Part shown: piece after piece, positions 53,365-55,045 of the stretch | Layout: every line of letters starts with the position of its first letter | How positions within the stretch are numbered: position 1 is the stretch's first letter | DNA from: a virus | Taxonomy: Duplodnaviria; Caudoviricetes | Virus record (IMG/VR): IMGVR_UViG_3300006790_001053 | Location: 1-55,045 of that record | Length of the DNA stretch: 55,045 bases | Direction: 5' to 3' (one strand) | Notes under the pieces: generated by a model | Seen by the model: only the letters and a program-made list of their open reading frames with translations | What the model was told of the DNA's origin: nothing | The model's database searches: none | Translations under genes and position numbers: made by a program

Positions 53365-54873
53365 ATGAGTGTTTATAGAACATATTTTGATAAAGATACT
53401 GTAATAGTTAGAAATTCTTGTGCTAATACTGGTAGAAACCCAATAGCAGAGGTATTCCACGGAGGTTCTTTGGATACGGATAAATTAACTTATTCTAGAT
53501 ATCTATTCAATATCGATTTATCAGATTTAATACAAAAAACAGAGAATAAACAATTATTCACTGATAAAATGACTCACCAAATAAAGTTAACTAACACATC
53601 TTGTTTTGATAAGGAAACTTATTGTAAAACAGTAGCTAGTTCATGTGGTGATGTTAAGAGAGCAACATCTTTTGACTTAATATTATTTGAGATACCAGAA
53701 AGTTGGGATGAAGGAAATGGCTATGATTATGTAGAAGCTAGTGTGGTTACTTGTGATGATGGTGATAAACCTTATTGTGAGGGAGCTGCTAATTGGGAAG
53801 ATAGAGAATTTAATACTCCGTGGTCTCAATTAGGTGTTTATACTAACCCATCAGCTTGGTATTCTGGTTCTACAACTGGTTATACTGGTACTACTGTTAA
53901 TCTAATCAAAGGGACACAACATTTTGATAGGGGTGATGAAAATTTATGTATAGACATCTCAGATTACATTAATGGGTTAATTAGTAGTGGTGTCACGGAA
54001 GCTAATTTAGGTGTGGCTTTTGAATATGGTGAAGAAAATACTCTTTTAGAAGATATTTGTTACGTTGGGTTCTTTACTAGAGACACTCAGACCGTATATG
54101 AACCGTTTATGGAGACTTTATACGATGATACTATAAAAGATGACAGAGATAACTTTATAATCAATAAGAGCAACAATTTATGTCTATATGTGAACGCAGG
54201 TGGACAAAGAGTGAACGCTTCTATCTCTGGTGTTACCATATATGACCATGAAGATGAGGTTTATGAGACAATATCACCTTCTGAAATCACACAAGTAAGT
54301 ACAGGTGTTTATTGTGTTTCTGTAAATGTACCTAAAACATCTAATTACTGTGGTAATATACAATTTTATGATACATGGAGTGGTGTTACAATAGATGGTA
54401 ATAATTTAGGTGACATAGAATTAGATTTTATCGTTAAAGAAGAAGATTCTTATTACAATATAGGTTCTAATAACAGTGCTGGAGCTTCTGGATTAGGTGT
54501 TGGTGATTCTAACAACCTTTCTATTTTTGACTATGAATTTGCTTTCACGGGAATTCAAAGAAGAGAGAAAATAAAAAGAGGTGATACTAGAAGAGTTAAT
54601 GTGATAGCTAGAATACCTTTCACATACGACCAATCACAAGCTTTAGACGGTATCTATTATAGAATATATATTAAAGAAGGTGAAACAGAAATACCTTATG
54701 TTGATTGGAATGAAGTTAGTAGAACTCCAGATGGTAATTTCTTCTTTATTGATACATCTTGGTTAATCCCTAACGATTATTACATGGAATTTAAAATAAC
54801 CTCTGGTAATGAGGTAAGAACTTATCAAGACATTATACCATTTGAAATCGTCTCTGAAAAGGATTGGTGTTAA
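53365..54873 (+). CDS. Beta-rich virion (baseplate-region) protein
   Basis: YSRYLFNIDL...ESWDEGNG...NW...PW pattern and C-terminal FFIDTSWLIPNDYYMEFKI; preceded by the late motif; Cys-rich. Confidence 0.7.
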   Translation: MSVYRTYFDKDTVIVRNSCANTGRNPIAEVFHGGSLDTDKLTYSRYLFNIDLSDLIQKTENKQLFTDKMTHQIKLTNTSCFDKETYCKTVASSCGDVKRATSFDLILFEIPESWDEGNGYDYVEASVVTCDDGDKPYCEGAANWEDREFNTPWSQLGVYTNPSAWYSGSTTGYTGTTVNLIKGTQHFDRGDENLCIDISDYINGLISSGVTEANLGVAFEYGEENTLLEDICYVGFFTRDTQTVYEPFMETLYDDTIKDDRDNFIINKSNNLCLYVNAGGQRVNASISGVTIYDHEDEVYETISPSEITQVSTGVYCVSVNVPKTSNYCGNIQFYDTWSGVTIDGNNLGDIELDFIVKEEDSYYNIGSNNSAGASGLGVGDSNNLSIFDYEFAFTGIQRREKIKRGDTRRVNVIARIPFTYDQSQALDGIYYRIYIKEGETEIPYVDWNEVSRTPDGNFFFIDTSWLIPNDYYMEFKITSGNEVRTYQDIIPFEIVSEKDWC

Positions 54874-54878
54874 AAATG

Positions 54879-54906
54879 AAAAGGTCTGATTTCTCAGACC
54901 TTTTTT
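54879..54906. terminator. Bidirectional rho-independent terminator
   Basis: AAAAGGTCTGA-TTTC-TCAGACCTTTT(TT) between convergent genes. Confidence 0.88.
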
Positions 54907-54907
54907 A

Positions 54908-55045
54908 CTATTTACATAGTCTGTTCGCAATTTTATGTTGATAGGTATTGATTAAATCTTTATCTGTACCTAAACCTTTCATTTCTTTCTTTAAATCGTC
55001 TAGTAACTTCTCTATATTAGGGTCATCTTCTTTGGATACGTGGGA
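54908..55045 (-). CDS. 3' end of a gene entering from the right edge
   Basis: Open frame ...SHVSKEDDPNIEKLLDDLKKEMKGLGTDKDLINTYQHKIANRLCK ending TAG TAA at the terminator. Confidence 0.7.
   Translation of the reverse strand, partial: SHVSKEDDPNIEKLLDDLKKEMKGLGTDKDLINTYQHKIANRLCK

Noticed and set aside
1-55045. Eukaryotic giant virus origin suggested by GT29, GT32, SNF2, J-domain and PolB
   Set aside because: T4-like neck, tail-completion, spike and sigma genes, overlapping operons and intrinsic terminators indicate a bacteriophage.
1-55045. Stop-codon reassignment as seen in some large phages
   Set aside because: Genes are full length in code 11, and TAG and TGA end genes at sensible boundaries (for example 32395, 38012, 48852).

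Overview
AT-rich 55-kb segment of a large T4-superfamily-like (jumbo) myophage genome, genetic code 11. The host is probably Bacteroidota (inferred mainly from the absence of Shine-Dalgarno sequences). It holds neck and tail-completion genes (gp13-, gp14-, gp15-like), a gp5-like spike, several fibre/adhesin proteins including a >1400-aa one missing from the ORF track (1..4211, minus strand, runs off the window), a SNF2 helicase, family B DNA polymerase, a stand-alone exonuclease, dUTPase, PhoH and a gp55-like late sigma factor. The dominant accessory theme is glycosylation, with about 12 glycosyltransferase-type genes in three blocks. The most striking block (40450..45000) couples a eukaryote-type GT29 sialyltransferase-fold enzyme carrying all four sialylmotifs to KdsA, a HAD phosphatase, an atypical DHDPS/NAL aldolase, an SGNH protein, a methyltransferase and a NeuA-type cytidylyltransferase, i.e. 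a candidate make-activate-transfer pathway for a Kdo/sialic-acid-like sugar. Several virion proteins are strongly enriched in a [ST]-G-x-T tetrapeptide that is rare in the enzymes; this is a candidate acceptor sequon for phage-encoded virion glycosylation (hypothesis). Two promoter classes are visible: TATTTATA ahead of virion/late genes and TTTAYT-N17-TATWTT ahead of replication operons. All product calls come from motif recognition by eye; no database search was run.
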